Source: Deltaproteobacteria bacterium
GTDB taxonomy: Bacteria > Desulfobacterota > B13-G15 > RBG-16-54-18
DNA length: 64,000 bases
Direction: 5' to 3'
Assembly: GCA_016927065.1 (NCBI GenBank)
Contig: JAFGNJ010000020.1
Span: forward strand, 10,923 to 74,922
Within the stretch, counting starts at the first letter, position 1; every line of letters starts with the position of its first letter. Under the pieces are notes generated by a model. It was not told the DNA's origin. It did no database searches and saw only the letters and a list, made by a program, of their open reading frames with translations. This document shows, in pieces, positions 49,717-59,845 of this stretch. The position numbers and the translations under genes are program-made.

Positions 49717-50910
49717 TCAGCCTACTTTGAGTACAAGGGCGGCCCCTGTGTCTCCTGCTGCACAGCCAGCCCACAGCCCATAGCCGCCCCCAAGCAATAC
49801 CAGTTCCTCCACCAACTCGGCAATGAGCCTTCCTGCCGTGGGACTCTGGGGATGGCCATAAATCAAAGAGCTGCCATAATTGTTCATCCACATTACGTCA
49901 ATATCCATCTGTTTGGACATGTAAATATCGTTTACCGTGAAGGGATTATGGGTCTTGATCGCTTTCATGTCTGTGACCGTGAGTCCGGCGTTTTTCAGGG
50001 CCATCTGTGCAGCAGGTACGGGTGCTTGAGCCATAAAGGCCTTCTTTGCCCTGGCAAAACCATAAGACATGATCTGAATCTCTGTCTTGGGATCGACGCT
50101 TAATTCCCTGGCCTTTTCCCGGGACGTGACGATAAAGCCGCAGTTTCCATCCGCAGGATGGGTCTGGGATCCGAATGTCAAGACGCCGTTAGGCTCTACT
50201 GGCTTGAGCTTGGCCAATCCCTCCACCGTGCTGGGGGTAATGCCCTCATCTTCTTCGATCATGATGGTTTGCTTTCTGGATACCCGTACCTCAACTGGGA
50301 ACATGTACCGCTTCTGAAAGGCCCGGTTGTCCTTCAAGGAATCCAGATACTGCTCGTAACGCCGTAAGGCCACCGCATCGCTCTCTTGCCGGGTAATTCC
50401 GGCCTCCGCGGCCACATTTTCCGCCGTTTGAACCATCATCTTCCCGCCCCAGGGGTCAGTAAAATTGTCCATCATCCAGTTTTCTGACTCCACCTCTCCA
50501 CCCGGACCCAACGGCTGCGCCCATACGGTGTGCGGACCGTTGGAACACCGATCCGACATGAGGGCAAATGCCGTTTCATACGTACCAACCTCAATATTCA
50601 CCGCAGCAAGGTGAATACACGTCGCTGAAGTCGTGCAGGCCTGATTTACCATCAGCCCAGGCAGGTTCTTCTTGCCGTCAACCAGCATGCCTGCGGCCCA
50701 GTTGTGGCTGTGGAACATATAGTGCTGAGCCACGGTGATCCCATAGTACACATAGTCAACCACAGTAGGGTCTAACTCCCGACTTAAAAACCAACGTCTC
50801 GCCGTCTTCGCACCCAACTCAATGGCATTTTCATTTGCCATCTTCCCCTGCCAACGGCAAAAAGGGCTTGAATAATAACCGCTATAGGGTATATATGCCT
50901 TGGTCAACAT
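49717..50910 (-). CDS. Thiolase-family protein (acetyl-CoA C-acyltransferase-like)
   Basis: Thiolase N- and C-terminal domain patterns, with a nucleophile Cys in MVNQACTTSATC and C-terminal GGGYG...AG motifs. The start was chosen at MLTKAY. Confidence 0.7.
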   Translation of the reverse strand: MLTKAYIPYSGYYSSPFCRWQGKMANENAIELGAKTARRWFLSRELDPTVVDYVYYGITVAQHYMFHSHNWAAGMLVDGKKNLPGLMVNQACTTSATCIHLAAVNIEVGTYETAFALMSDRCSNGPHTVWAQPLGPGGEVESENWMMDNFTDPWGGKMMVQTAENVAAEAGITRQESDAVALRRYEQYLDSLKDNRAFQKRYMFPVEVRVSRKQTIMIEEDEGITPSTVEGLAKLKPVEPNGVLTFGSQTHPADGNCGFIVTSREKARELSVDPKTEIQIMSYGFARAKKAFMAQAPVPAAQMALKNAGLTVTDMKAIKTHNPFTVNDIYMSKQMDIDVMWMNNYGSSLIYGHPQSPTAGRLIAELVEELVLLGGGYGLWAGCAAGDTGAALVLKVG

Positions 50911-50956
50911 GCCATTTCTCCTCACTAATTACATTATGTCTGTTCCTACAATAAGC

Positions 50957-52261
50957 CTAATAAGTGATAAAGCTCGGTAAAAAGGTAGCGATCTGCGGGA
51001 AAATAATTAATAGAGCCGTAACAATAATCAATGCCCCCAGGAAGGGGAATATCCCCTTAAATATATTCTCAAGGGGTACATCAGGGGCAATCCCCTTAAT
51101 GACAAATACATTGACCCCTACCGGCGGGGTGAGCACCCCCATCTCCCCTACGAGCACAATGATGACACCAAACCAGATCAAGTCAAAGCCGAGCTCCTTA
51201 ACGAGTGGGAAAAAGATGGGGACGGTAAGCACGATGAGGGCCATGGAATCCATAAAGAAGCCACCTACAAAATAGATGAAGATGATAACTATCATGACAG
51301 CCATAGGGGATATGGGGAGCCCCCCGAGCCACTCAGCCAGGACAAAGGGTATCCTTGATACCGCCATGAAGTGACCAAAGACAGTAGCCCCAGCGATAAT
51401 AAATAGTACCATGCACGCAGTTCGCACGCCTTCTTTGCCGGCCTCAAAAAATGAACGCCAACTGAGCTGTCGCCGGACCAAGCCGATGAGCAAGGCACCG
51501 CCGGCTCCGATTGCTCCGGCCTGGGTAGGGCTGAACCAGCCGAGAAAGAGCCCCCCTATGGCCAGAAGGAAGAGAATGACGGCTTCGATTATCCCTCCCG
51601 TAGCTCGCAGCTTCTCTTTGAAGCTGACGGGGGCCCCAGGGGGACCAATGGCGGGGTTGCGCCAGCAAAGCAAGGCCACGGTGGCGGCAAAAAAGATGCT
51701 CAGGAGAATCCCCGGCAAAACGCCGGCGATGAAGAGTTTGCCGATGGATTCCTCAGTCAAATACCCGTAGACGATGAGGATGGTGCTCGGCGGGATAAGG
51801 ATCCCAAGGGTGCCGGCTGCGGCAACGGTACCGGTGGCAAGTGTGTCATCGTACTTATACTTCTTCATTTCAGGAATCGCTATCTGGCCCATGGTAGCTG
51901 CCGTTGCCGTGCTCGACCCACAAATAGCACCAAAACCGGCACAGGCAAAGACGGTAGCCATGGTCAGGCCGCCCCTGAACTGCCCGATCCATGCATAGGT
52001 CGTCTGGTAAAGCCTTTTGCTGATCCCCGAAGCAAAAGCGAAGGTCCCCATGAGGATAAACATGGGGATAACGCTCAATGGATAATTGGTAAAATCTTCG
52101 AAGATATCGCGGCCGATAAGACCCAGTGCCGCTTCTGGGGTAGTTAAATAAGTAAAGCCAACAAATCCTACCAATGCCATGGCAAAGGCCACCGGCATCC
52201 TGAGCAAAAAGAGTAAGACGAGAAGGGCAATGCCGATGCAGCCTACGGTGACTGGGTTCAT
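50957..52261 (-). CDS. dctM: TRAP transporter large permease subunit
   Basis: 434 aa and about 12 TM helices, with the typical DctM composition. Confidence 0.85.
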   Translation of the reverse strand: MNPVTVGCIGIALLVLLFLLRMPVAFAMALVGFVGFTYLTTPEAALGLIGRDIFEDFTNYPLSVIPMFILMGTFAFASGISKRLYQTTYAWIGQFRGGLTMATVFACAGFGAICGSSTATAATMGQIAIPEMKKYKYDDTLATGTVAAAGTLGILIPPSTILIVYGYLTEESIGKLFIAGVLPGILLSIFFAATVALLCWRNPAIGPPGAPVSFKEKLRATGGIIEAVILFLLAIGGLFLGWFSPTQAGAIGAGGALLIGLVRRQLSWRSFFEAGKEGVRTACMVLFIIAGATVFGHFMAVSRIPFVLAEWLGGLPISPMAVMIVIIFIYFVGGFFMDSMALIVLTVPIFFPLVKELGFDLIWFGVIIVLVGEMGVLTPPVGVNVFVIKGIAPDVPLENIFKGIFPFLGALIIVTALLIIFPQIATFLPSFITY

Positions 52262-52800
52262 CTCTGCTCCTTCTTGGTAAGTGATTTAAGAAATCTCAAG
52301 AAAAATACCACACCGACGGGAATACAGGCGAGGGCAATGCCATAGGCGAAAGGGTAATAGGGTATGTGGATAGTGGCACTATAGTCCCCTGAGGTTTGCA
52401 ATAAATAACCAAGCGCAGCGAGGCGCCACACAATCACCATGAAGAGCCCTAAGCCGAGAAACAGCACAACGCTATTGACAATTGCTCCGAGACGCCGTGG
52501 CAGCAGTTTGACAAAGAATTCTACCTGAATATGCCGGCCTAGAATCAGCGCCATGCTGGCACCAAAGGCGATTGCCACTGTCTGGGCAAGCATCACGATG
52601 TCAAGGGATCCCGGGAGAGGCCACCGAAAGACCTTGGCCCCCACGACATCGATGCAGGTAACAACCATCATCACCAGCAGCCCAAGAAACGCGAGCCACT
52701 CAAACCATTCACTTAACCGACGATTATACCGTTCTATTTTATCTAACACTGAACCTCCCTCACCATCCTCGGGGTGAGCGCGGGCTTTGCCCGCGCTCAC
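52258..52800 (-). CDS. dctQ: TRAP transporter small permease subunit
   Basis: 180 aa and 4 TM helices. A 4-nt overlap with dctM. Confidence 0.75.
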   Translation of the reverse strand: MSAGKARAHPEDGEGGSVLDKIERYNRRLSEWFEWLAFLGLLVMMVVTCIDVVGAKVFRWPLPGSLDIVMLAQTVAIAFGASMALILGRHIQVEFFVKLLPRRLGAIVNSVVLFLGLGLFMVIVWRLAALGYLLQTSGDYSATIHIPYYPFAYGIALACIPVGVVFFLRFLKSLTKKEQR

Positions 52801-52908
52801 CCCATAAGGTCTGTACTATAGAGTAATAAACAATCCGAGGCGATCACCCGTACATCCCCCAGCTTATATGCCTGGCGTTAGGGGACTTTCCTCAGAGGAT
52901 CAGTTTGT

Positions 52909-54024
52909 TTATTTTAGCATCAGGGCCTTAGGTTTCAACTCCGGAGGCCCGACTGCTGATGGGATGCGCAATTCTATCTGCTTCTGCTTCCAGAATTCAG
53001 CTCGATCCTGCAGGAATTTGATCCACCCTTTCACCTCTGCCTCGGAATATCCTTTCCCTACCATGGTTTTCACATAATCACCGAATACCGGTTCAACAGC
53101 TGTCTGCCATCTCTTAAGCTCACTCGGGGACAGTTCAATAAATGTTACCCCTTTCTCCTTCCCAAATTTTTCACCGACGAAATCTATGGCATTCCACATC
53201 AGGATATATCGCTCCTTGTACTCTCCAACAAGCTTGTCAAAGATAGGCTTAATGTCTGCCGGCAACTTCTCATAGCTCTTCTTGTTCATCGCCAGATAAA
53301 AGGGATAGGGATGGTTAATCGGCCAGATTGACGTCTCATATTTTACCACTTCAGCAAACTTGAAGGCGAACAGTGTTTCATAGTTTGAAGCCTCCCCATC
53401 AATAACACCTTTGGCCATCGCATCATACACCTCCGGCATCGGCGTGGGGGCTGGGGTTCCACCCAGTGCCTTCATAACTTCGCCAGCCATCCCCGGTGCC
53501 CGTATGGTGAGTCCCTTAAGGTCTTCCAGCCTGCGTATCGGCTTCTTGGTAGTGGCTATACCACTCGGAGGGGATGCATTCATCCAGAGCACTTTCACCG
53601 CATCAAATTCCTTGGGCCTAAATTCTTGGTAGAAATCATTCATGACCTGACTCGCTACCCAGCCACTGGCATAGCCGATAGGCAAACCACAGGCTTCGGT
53701 AACCAGCATACGCCCGGGGGTGTAATACACATGGGAGTACCCGATGTCGGCGATTCCGTTCACTACCCCATCAAACGTCGCCGTGGATTTCAGCAATGAT
53801 TGCCCTGCATAGTAATCAACCTTCACCTGGCCATTGGTGCGCTTTTCTAAGTCCCGACAAAACTCTTCTAACACCTTAGATTGAAAAGCCGGGGTACCAA
53901 AGTAATTAGCTACCTTGAGCCTTATCACCTTTGCATGGGCCTTTCCGGTAGGTAAGACAGTTGCCATAAGCCCTACAAAAAGAACCGCCACTAAGACTGC
54001 CATTAATATTTTTTCCAGTCTCAT
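52909..54024 (-). CDS. dctP: TRAP transporter periplasmic solute-binding protein, DctP-like
   Basis: A signal peptide and a solute-binding-protein pattern upstream of dctQM. Confidence 0.65.
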   Translation of the reverse strand: MRLEKILMAVLVAVLFVGLMATVLPTGKAHAKVIRLKVANYFGTPAFQSKVLEEFCRDLEKRTNGQVKVDYYAGQSLLKSTATFDGVVNGIADIGYSHVYYTPGRMLVTEACGLPIGYASGWVASQVMNDFYQEFRPKEFDAVKVLWMNASPPSGIATTKKPIRRLEDLKGLTIRAPGMAGEVMKALGGTPAPTPMPEVYDAMAKGVIDGEASNYETLFAFKFAEVVKYETSIWPINHPYPFYLAMNKKSYEKLPADIKPIFDKLVGEYKERYILMWNAIDFVGEKFGKEKGVTFIELSPSELKRWQTAVEPVFGDYVKTMVGKGYSEAEVKGWIKFLQDRAEFWKQKQIELRIPSAVGPPELKPKALMLK

Positions 54025-54220
54025 TTGTCATACCTCCTTTTTTGTTGATACATTACGTCATGACATGCAACATTCATCAAAAACTTCTTCCTCCTCTCAC
54101 AGTGCACTAGAATCCATCATGGAGCAAAAACCTATGAATCTCACCTCCTTTCAAGTTCGTATATAGAACCTTGCTCAACACCTCGAATCAATCATGATGA
54201 TCAGCTCAGCAAGGGTATAC

Positions 54221-54400
54221 TCACCATAGATCTTGCACATCACTGATATTGAGTTCCAGCATCTTGATGCTGGCCAGTATACGATCCAGGTTTCTCTCCA
54301 CCGCCTGAATTCCATCGGCCATCTCTTTCAATTCTTCAGCATCGTGGCGCATCCGCTGAATGATCACATCTAGCGCCTTTATATCCACACTCTCCATATC
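54221..54400 (-). CDS. Small hypothetical protein of about 59 aa, translationally coupled to the PaaK-like gene (TGAtATG)
   Basis: MESVDIKALDVIIQRMRHDAEELKEMADGIQAVERNLDRILASIKMLELNISDVQDLW, predicted helical/coiled-coil. The start is 1 nt after the PaaK stop. Confidence 0.3.
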   Translation of the reverse strand, partial: DMESVDIKALDVIIQRMRHDAEELKEMADGIQAVERNLDRILASIKMLELNISDVQDLW

Positions 54401-55739
54401 ACCCTTTCTTCTCACGCAGGTCCTTAAACCTCTTAGCTTTAACCTCATATCGGGGTAACGAGCCCCAGGGATGAACCTCTATTCGGTAACCGAGGTTGGT
54501 CTTCAATCGCAACTGATCCTTTAACCGGGATAAAATGTTTTCTTTCTCTTTTTCTCTTTCAGGCCTTATCTCGATCTTTAAAAAAATATCATCGATATCA
54601 CCTTTCTTGCTGACAATCACCTCATACTCATCCCCAAGTTCGGGGATGCTCCGCACCACCTCCTCTATGGCCGTGGGTGCTAAAAGAACACCCTTCACCT
54701 TGGTGATGTCATCAGCGCGCCCGACAATTCCACCATCAATGATCCGAAAGGTCCTGCCGCAACTACACTGATAATCTGCCCACCGAATTACGTCTTTGGA
54801 GTCAAAGCGAATACAGGGTTTTGCATGTCGATCCAGCGCAGTGATGACCATCTTTCCGTTCTTGCCCGGCTCGGTAATGATCTCGCCGGTCTCCACATCT
54901 TCAATCTCCACTAAGAAAAAGGCCTCGTTGACATGCAACCCGCCCGGCTGTTCCGTACATTCATAACTCCATGCCCCGATCTCAGTAGCCCCAATATGAT
55001 CATAGACTTTGGCGCCCCATGCCTCCTCCATCCTTTTTTTGGTAGTGGGGATACTTGCCCCTGGCTCGCCTGCGCAGGTGATTCGGTTAATAGTAAGGTC
55101 TTTTGCCGGATCGATCCCCAGCCTGTTACGGGCTGTGTCCGCCATCCCCAGAACGTAGGTCGGCGTGGCCAAAAAGCTTGTGCACTTGAGTTCTTGCATC
55201 TTGAGGATCCTGGCCTGGGTGTCTAAAACGCCTCCGGGAACGACTTCAGCACCGAGCTTCTCCGCCGCATAATGTCCGGCCCAGAAGGCGACGAAAATAT
55301 TATAGCCGAAGGGCAAAAATACCCTGTCGGTATCACGATAACCCTGAGAGTAGAGAATGTAGCACCAACACTCTGCCCACCAATCCCAGTCCTGCCATGT
55401 GTCGGCCTGGTAAACAGGCGTCCCCGTAGTTCCGCTGGTTTGTCTGAAGACGGTTACTTGCTCAAGGGGGACAGCAAGCATATCACCATAGGGGAAGGGC
55501 TCGTGCTGCTGGACTTCTCTCATCATCCCCTTCTCGATCTTCGGGATCTTCCGAACATCTTCATATGTTTTTATATCCCCCGGTTCGAAACCCGCCTCTT
55601 TATAGAGCCTGTTGTAAAAGGGGGAATGTTCATAGGCCAATACTACGATACGCTTGAATTTTTTTAGTTGTAGGGTTTGAAGTTTTTCCTGTGGGAGGGT
55701 TTCAGTAATAGGATTCCAATATGCCTGCTCACTGAGCAT
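54399..55739 (-). CDS. paaK: Phenylacetate-CoA ligase-like adenylate-forming enzyme (PaaK / F390 synthetase family)
   Basis: PaaK-family motifs (TSGTTGTP, N-terminal YWNPITETLP...). The start was chosen at MLSEQ. Confidence 0.75.
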   Translation of the reverse strand: MLSEQAYWNPITETLPQEKLQTLQLKKFKRIVVLAYEHSPFYNRLYKEAGFEPGDIKTYEDVRKIPKIEKGMMREVQQHEPFPYGDMLAVPLEQVTVFRQTSGTTGTPVYQADTWQDWDWWAECWCYILYSQGYRDTDRVFLPFGYNIFVAFWAGHYAAEKLGAEVVPGGVLDTQARILKMQELKCTSFLATPTYVLGMADTARNRLGIDPAKDLTINRITCAGEPGASIPTTKKRMEEAWGAKVYDHIGATEIGAWSYECTEQPGGLHVNEAFFLVEIEDVETGEIITEPGKNGKMVITALDRHAKPCIRFDSKDVIRWADYQCSCGRTFRIIDGGIVGRADDITKVKGVLLAPTAIEEVVRSIPELGDEYEVIVSKKGDIDDIFLKIEIRPEREKEKENILSRLKDQLRLKTNLGYRIEVHPWGSLPRYEVKAKRFKDLREKKG

Positions 55740-56613
55740 ACGATGGTCTCCTCCGCGTATCGTGTGTATCACTCGTTGTTACAAATAACTCTTCACGAGT
55801 TATCCTCTCATAAATCTGCTCAACATCCGCTCCGAAAATATAAGAGATTTTTCTGGCGAATTCCGCTACCTTGTTTCCGTATTGGTCAGCCAAAGTCTCA
55901 TCAAAGACGCCAACGACAACTAAACATGCAACCACTTTCCCATTGTGGCCAAAGACCGGGGCCGCAACGGAATTATATCGAGTATCTATTTCGCCGAGAT
56001 CCTGTGCAAACCCCACCTCTCGACACCTGTCAAGCTCTTCCCTCAACTGTTCCATATTCACCGGTGAGGTATCACTGTAAAACCAGAGCTTTTCTGACGC
56101 GAGGATTTGCTCCCGTTCATCGTATGGGAGGAACGCCAAGATGGCCTTGCCGTGAGACCTGTAGGTCAGGGGAAATCTGTACCCGAGTCGTATCGATATG
56201 TTTACCCCACTGTAGGCTTCATGTTTGGCTATCACAAAGAGGTGGCTATCGACTATCAATCCAAAGAATGCTGTGCTTTGTGTCTCTTTGGCAAGAGACT
56301 CAAGGAACGGGGCTACTTTCTCCTGATTATATATATTATCCAAAACTCTCCCCGAAAGAAAAATAAGAGCCGGCCCCAAAGAGTACGTTTTTGTCTGAGG
56401 GTCTTTTTCGATAAAACCAAAATTCTTTAGGGTATGCAAGATTGAATATCCCTTGCTCTTATGAATACCTACCTGCTGGCAGATGTCCGTGAGCCTCATT
56501 TTGAACGTTTGATTCTTCGCTAAACAAAGAAGAATTTGTGATGCCTGCTGCACGGCTGGAACCAAAGGCGCATACCCTGTTTTGGATTTATTTGTTTGCT
56601 TAATCTCGGTCAT
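55729..56613 (-). CDS. IclR-family transcriptional regulator
   Basis: N-terminal winged HTH (ASQILLCLAKNQ...MRLTDICQQVGIHKSKGYSILHTL) and a C-terminal effector-binding domain. Confidence 0.8.
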   Translation of the reverse strand: MTEIKQTNKSKTGYAPLVPAVQQASQILLCLAKNQTFKMRLTDICQQVGIHKSKGYSILHTLKNFGFIEKDPQTKTYSLGPALIFLSGRVLDNIYNQEKVAPFLESLAKETQSTAFFGLIVDSHLFVIAKHEAYSGVNISIRLGYRFPLTYRSHGKAILAFLPYDEREQILASEKLWFYSDTSPVNMEQLREELDRCREVGFAQDLGEIDTRYNSVAAPVFGHNGKVVACLVVVGVFDETLADQYGNKVAEFARKISYIFGADVEQIYERITREELFVTTSDTHDTRRRPSYAQ

Positions 56614-56939
56614 TGTGAATTTTCAATGAGGTATCATTAAAAAACGACGAATAAATACTAGTATAAGTTAACCTAAATTCTATATAGAGAAAATTATTCT
56701 GTGTAGAGAATTTGTATGCTTATATAACATCTTTAAAACTAGGTGTCAAGCAAAAAACTAGATTAGGAGTAGGTTACAAGATATCTGGTATTTACGATGG
56801 CTGTTCGTATGGATTGATTCAGTTGCTATTGAGAAATACCGGAGGAGAAGGATATCAAATGTGTATAGTGCCAATATTCAGTTTTCATCACTGTATTGTT
56901 GCCAGGAGGACCAGGTGGGAACACGTTCGGCTTGTTCGA

Positions 56940-57854
56940 CTAGGACCCTCTCGCTGTAGTCCTCCTCCAATTCACGAAGAAAATCCCCAGAGAGACCAAA
57001 GAGAGCCCCACCATCAAAAAATAAGTAAATTCCTCATTTAGAAAAATGACGCCGAAAAGGACCCCGAACATGGGGGTCAAAAAAGTAAAGGCGGAAAGCC
57101 TACTTGCGGAATAGCTGTGTATGAGCTTGAACCAGACAAAGTAACTGAGAAAGGCGACAATGACCGATTGATAGAACAGTGAGGTGGCGATAGTAAGATC
57201 GATCTTTGAGATCCATTGTGGCTCAATGATTAGGCTTACTGCCAAGAGGATGGGAATAGAAAAAACAAGCTGGTACAGAAAGGTGTTGATGGGGTGGACC
57301 TTTCCCGCCATGTATCTTTTAATATAGATTGTAGTCGCGCCCCACAGGAAGGCCGCCATAATTTCCAAGATATCCCCGATGAACATGGTCGGCTTGGCAG
57401 ATTGCGGTCTTCCCTGGAAGACAATAACGATGCCGGCAAAGGCACACATGAGACCAATGATCTTTAACATAGTCAATCGATCGCCCTTTAAAAAGAAATG
57501 GGCCCCTATGGCCACCACAAAAGGACTCAGATAGACGAAAATCGAGGACCGGGCAGCATCTGTGTACAACAACCCTAAGTATAAACAGGCGAATTCCAGT
57601 CCGAACAAAAGACCTACCATGAAGCCATGAAAGAGCATGATATCGGTGTGGAATAGACGTTCACCTTTCCGTATGCAGTAGATCACTCCGCACATCGAGG
57701 CGATGATGGAACGCAGCGCACAGGCAAAGACAGGAGATATCCCTTGATTTGAAAATTTTACGGCAGTGTAGTTAAATCCCCATAGGATGGTCAAGATGAC
57801 GAGGGTCACGATGGCCCTCAGATCTAAATAGTCCTTGCTCATCCCGTTTTCCAT
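56940..57854 (-). CDS. DMT-superfamily (EamA-like) transporter
   Basis: 10 TM helices with two EamA repeats. Confidence 0.75.
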   Translation of the reverse strand: MENGMSKDYLDLRAIVTLVILTILWGFNYTAVKFSNQGISPVFACALRSIIASMCGVIYCIRKGERLFHTDIMLFHGFMVGLLFGLEFACLYLGLLYTDAARSSIFVYLSPFVVAIGAHFFLKGDRLTMLKIIGLMCAFAGIVIVFQGRPQSAKPTMFIGDILEIMAAFLWGATTIYIKRYMAGKVHPINTFLYQLVFSIPILLAVSLIIEPQWISKIDLTIATSLFYQSVIVAFLSYFVWFKLIHSYSASRLSAFTFLTPMFGVLFGVIFLNEEFTYFLMVGLSLVSLGIFFVNWRRTTARGS

Positions 57855-58231
57855 TTCTTGCTCCTGAAATGTTAGTTCACTACGAAAACCGTGTGCATAA
57901 GTAATGCACGTAGCCAAAACTCTGACAAAAGATTAGCAAAACGCGGCGTGTTTCACAAGAATTTTTGACATGATAATATGATAATAACCCATGCGCTATA
58001 TAGCGAGTATACTATAGACTATGAAGTCTGGGAAAAAACATCCTGTTGGTGAAAATTTCCCACGGGGTCAAGTAAAAAGCCCCTATATGTTCCTTGAAAA
58101 ACTGATGCAGAGGATCATCCACACCGTGAGAAGCCTACAATGGGATCCCCCTCCATGCCTTATCGTTTTGCTCTTTTTTAGTTTGTTCTCTGGGGCTGTA
58201 AGGAGTAAGTTTAGTTGCAAAATGCAGCCTT

Positions 58232-59578
58232 CTAGTGCACCAGTTTTTTATCTCTCTCAAAATTAAAGCCGTCATCCTGGTCAGGGGTGTGACATTGGAG
58301 GCAGAGATCTTGATTGACGACAGGGGGTGCATTCTCCTTTTGAGACGTACCCGATTGGAACTCGATATGCCCCTCCATCCTCCCGTGACACTGTGTGCAC
58401 TGAATCCCTGCATACTCAGGCGTCTTTCCCCACGAGACAAAGCCACCCTTGAGGTAATAGGTGGTGTGGCAGATTATACATTCTGGATTCTGGTGTTCAT
58501 TTGTCTCAATCAGCGACTCAATGGCATGGGCATGGGGTGTTTCCTTCCATGTGTTGTAGATATCACTGTGACAACTTTGACAATCCGTCGCCCGCAAGAC
58601 CGGTGGAAACTGGGCAGCAACCTCCTCATCATGCTTTTTCGTGAGTTCCTTTGACAACTGTGCAACACGTTCAAGATACCGTGCATATGTACTAATTAGG
58701 AGGGGATCTCCCGGAACAGTTTGATCGAGAGGAATAAGTTTGTTAGCAAAACTCCACGTCCCTCCGGTGCGGTAGACATCCACCCTGCCGAGATATTGAC
58801 CCTCGCTCCCCGCACAGAGCAGGAGCGAATCATCGATATTCACCGGCGTTTTTAATTCTGCCAAACAGTGAGATAGAATCACGATGTCTATACCCTTATG
58901 TCTTTTTACAAATGCGCTTGTCTGGGACATATCTCCATGAAGCATGGCGACGATGAGATCGGCATTTTTTCTTGCGTAGGCCAACTGCTCCAATGCGGTC
59001 TTTTCGGAAGCATCTAGTGCCCAGTACATTTTTGCCGCTTCCGGTATGTGGCCGCCGACAAAGAAGCTTACTATACCAATACTGACTCCACCCCTGCGGA
59101 GGATAAGGGGCTTGCTGCACAGCCTTGTGCCCTGAAATGATACATTGAGGGTTGCCAAAGGGACCCGTGAGGCCTTGGCTTTCTGCAACGCGTTATACGT
59201 ATCTCGTTGCATCAACATTTCGCGCGTGCCTATACTGATAGCGTCATATTGCATCTGGTGGAACGATTCGAGGAGCGCCTCGAACTTGATCTCACCCTGC
59301 TGACTGTATATAGGAGCAAACTCTCCGGCATCAATCACAATCGTTGGAATATTTTGCCGTCTGACCTCATTGATCTTGGTAGCTCGCCGAGCTATTCCTC
59401 CCAGGGGGTTGCTCCCTCAGCCGCAGGGTTCAAGAGTGCCCTGTAGATCGTTGGTGTAAAAGATAGCTATGTGCTTTTCATGTTGCTCACAGTACGAACA
59501 AAAATGATTATGCAGCAACACCATAATAACCCCAGCGAGAAGTATGGTTGCGAATAACTTTATCGAGCTTCGCTTCAT
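58232..59578 (-). CDS. Secreted fusion of a 5'-nucleotidase-like metallophosphoesterase domain with a C-terminal tetraheme cytochrome c domain. It has an in-frame TGA at 59417-59419, read as a putative selenocysteine (motif E-P-C-G-U-G-S), though it could instead be a nonsense-mutated pseudogene.
   Basis: The frame is continuous from ATG 59578 through the TGA to stop 58232. The signal peptide is MKRSSIKLFATILLAGVIMVLL. Metallophosphoesterase motifs (IAIFYTNDLQG, VIDAGEF) flank the TGA in the same frame. The C-terminus has four CxxCH motifs (CQSCH, CIICH, CTQCH, CLQCH). Confidence 0.5.
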
Positions 59579-59845
59579 TTCTAACTATTCTCCTTATCTT
59601 GGAAATATTTCACTGTTATTGTACCTTAAAAACAACGCTTGGAGAAGGTAAAATAAAAGCTAAGCGTGTATGCTCAAAGCTTAGCACAACAAAAAACAAG
59701 AAAAAACTTTCTATTATTTTATAGCAACTTCTCAAAAAAGTCCTTTTTATTGCCTAGTCTCAGTTATTAAATAATATAATAAATTTAAACGCCTTTACAA
59801 TTAAAAATAATCCCCTTATAATTTTATTAGCGGAGTTTAATCACT

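Noticed and set aside
58235-58654. 139-aa plus-strand ORF antisense to the cytochrome/phosphoesterase gene
   Set aside because: The opposite strand encodes four CxxCH motifs and a phosphoesterase domain.
59417-59419. Considered reading the TGA in the cytochrome/phosphoesterase gene as a simple pseudogene-forming nonsense mutation, and dropping the gene
   Set aside because: It is not fully rejected. I kept it as a candidate Sec codon because the frame is intact on both sides, a Cys is adjacent, and a second Sec-like gene is in the window. The pseudogene alternative is stated in the feature call.
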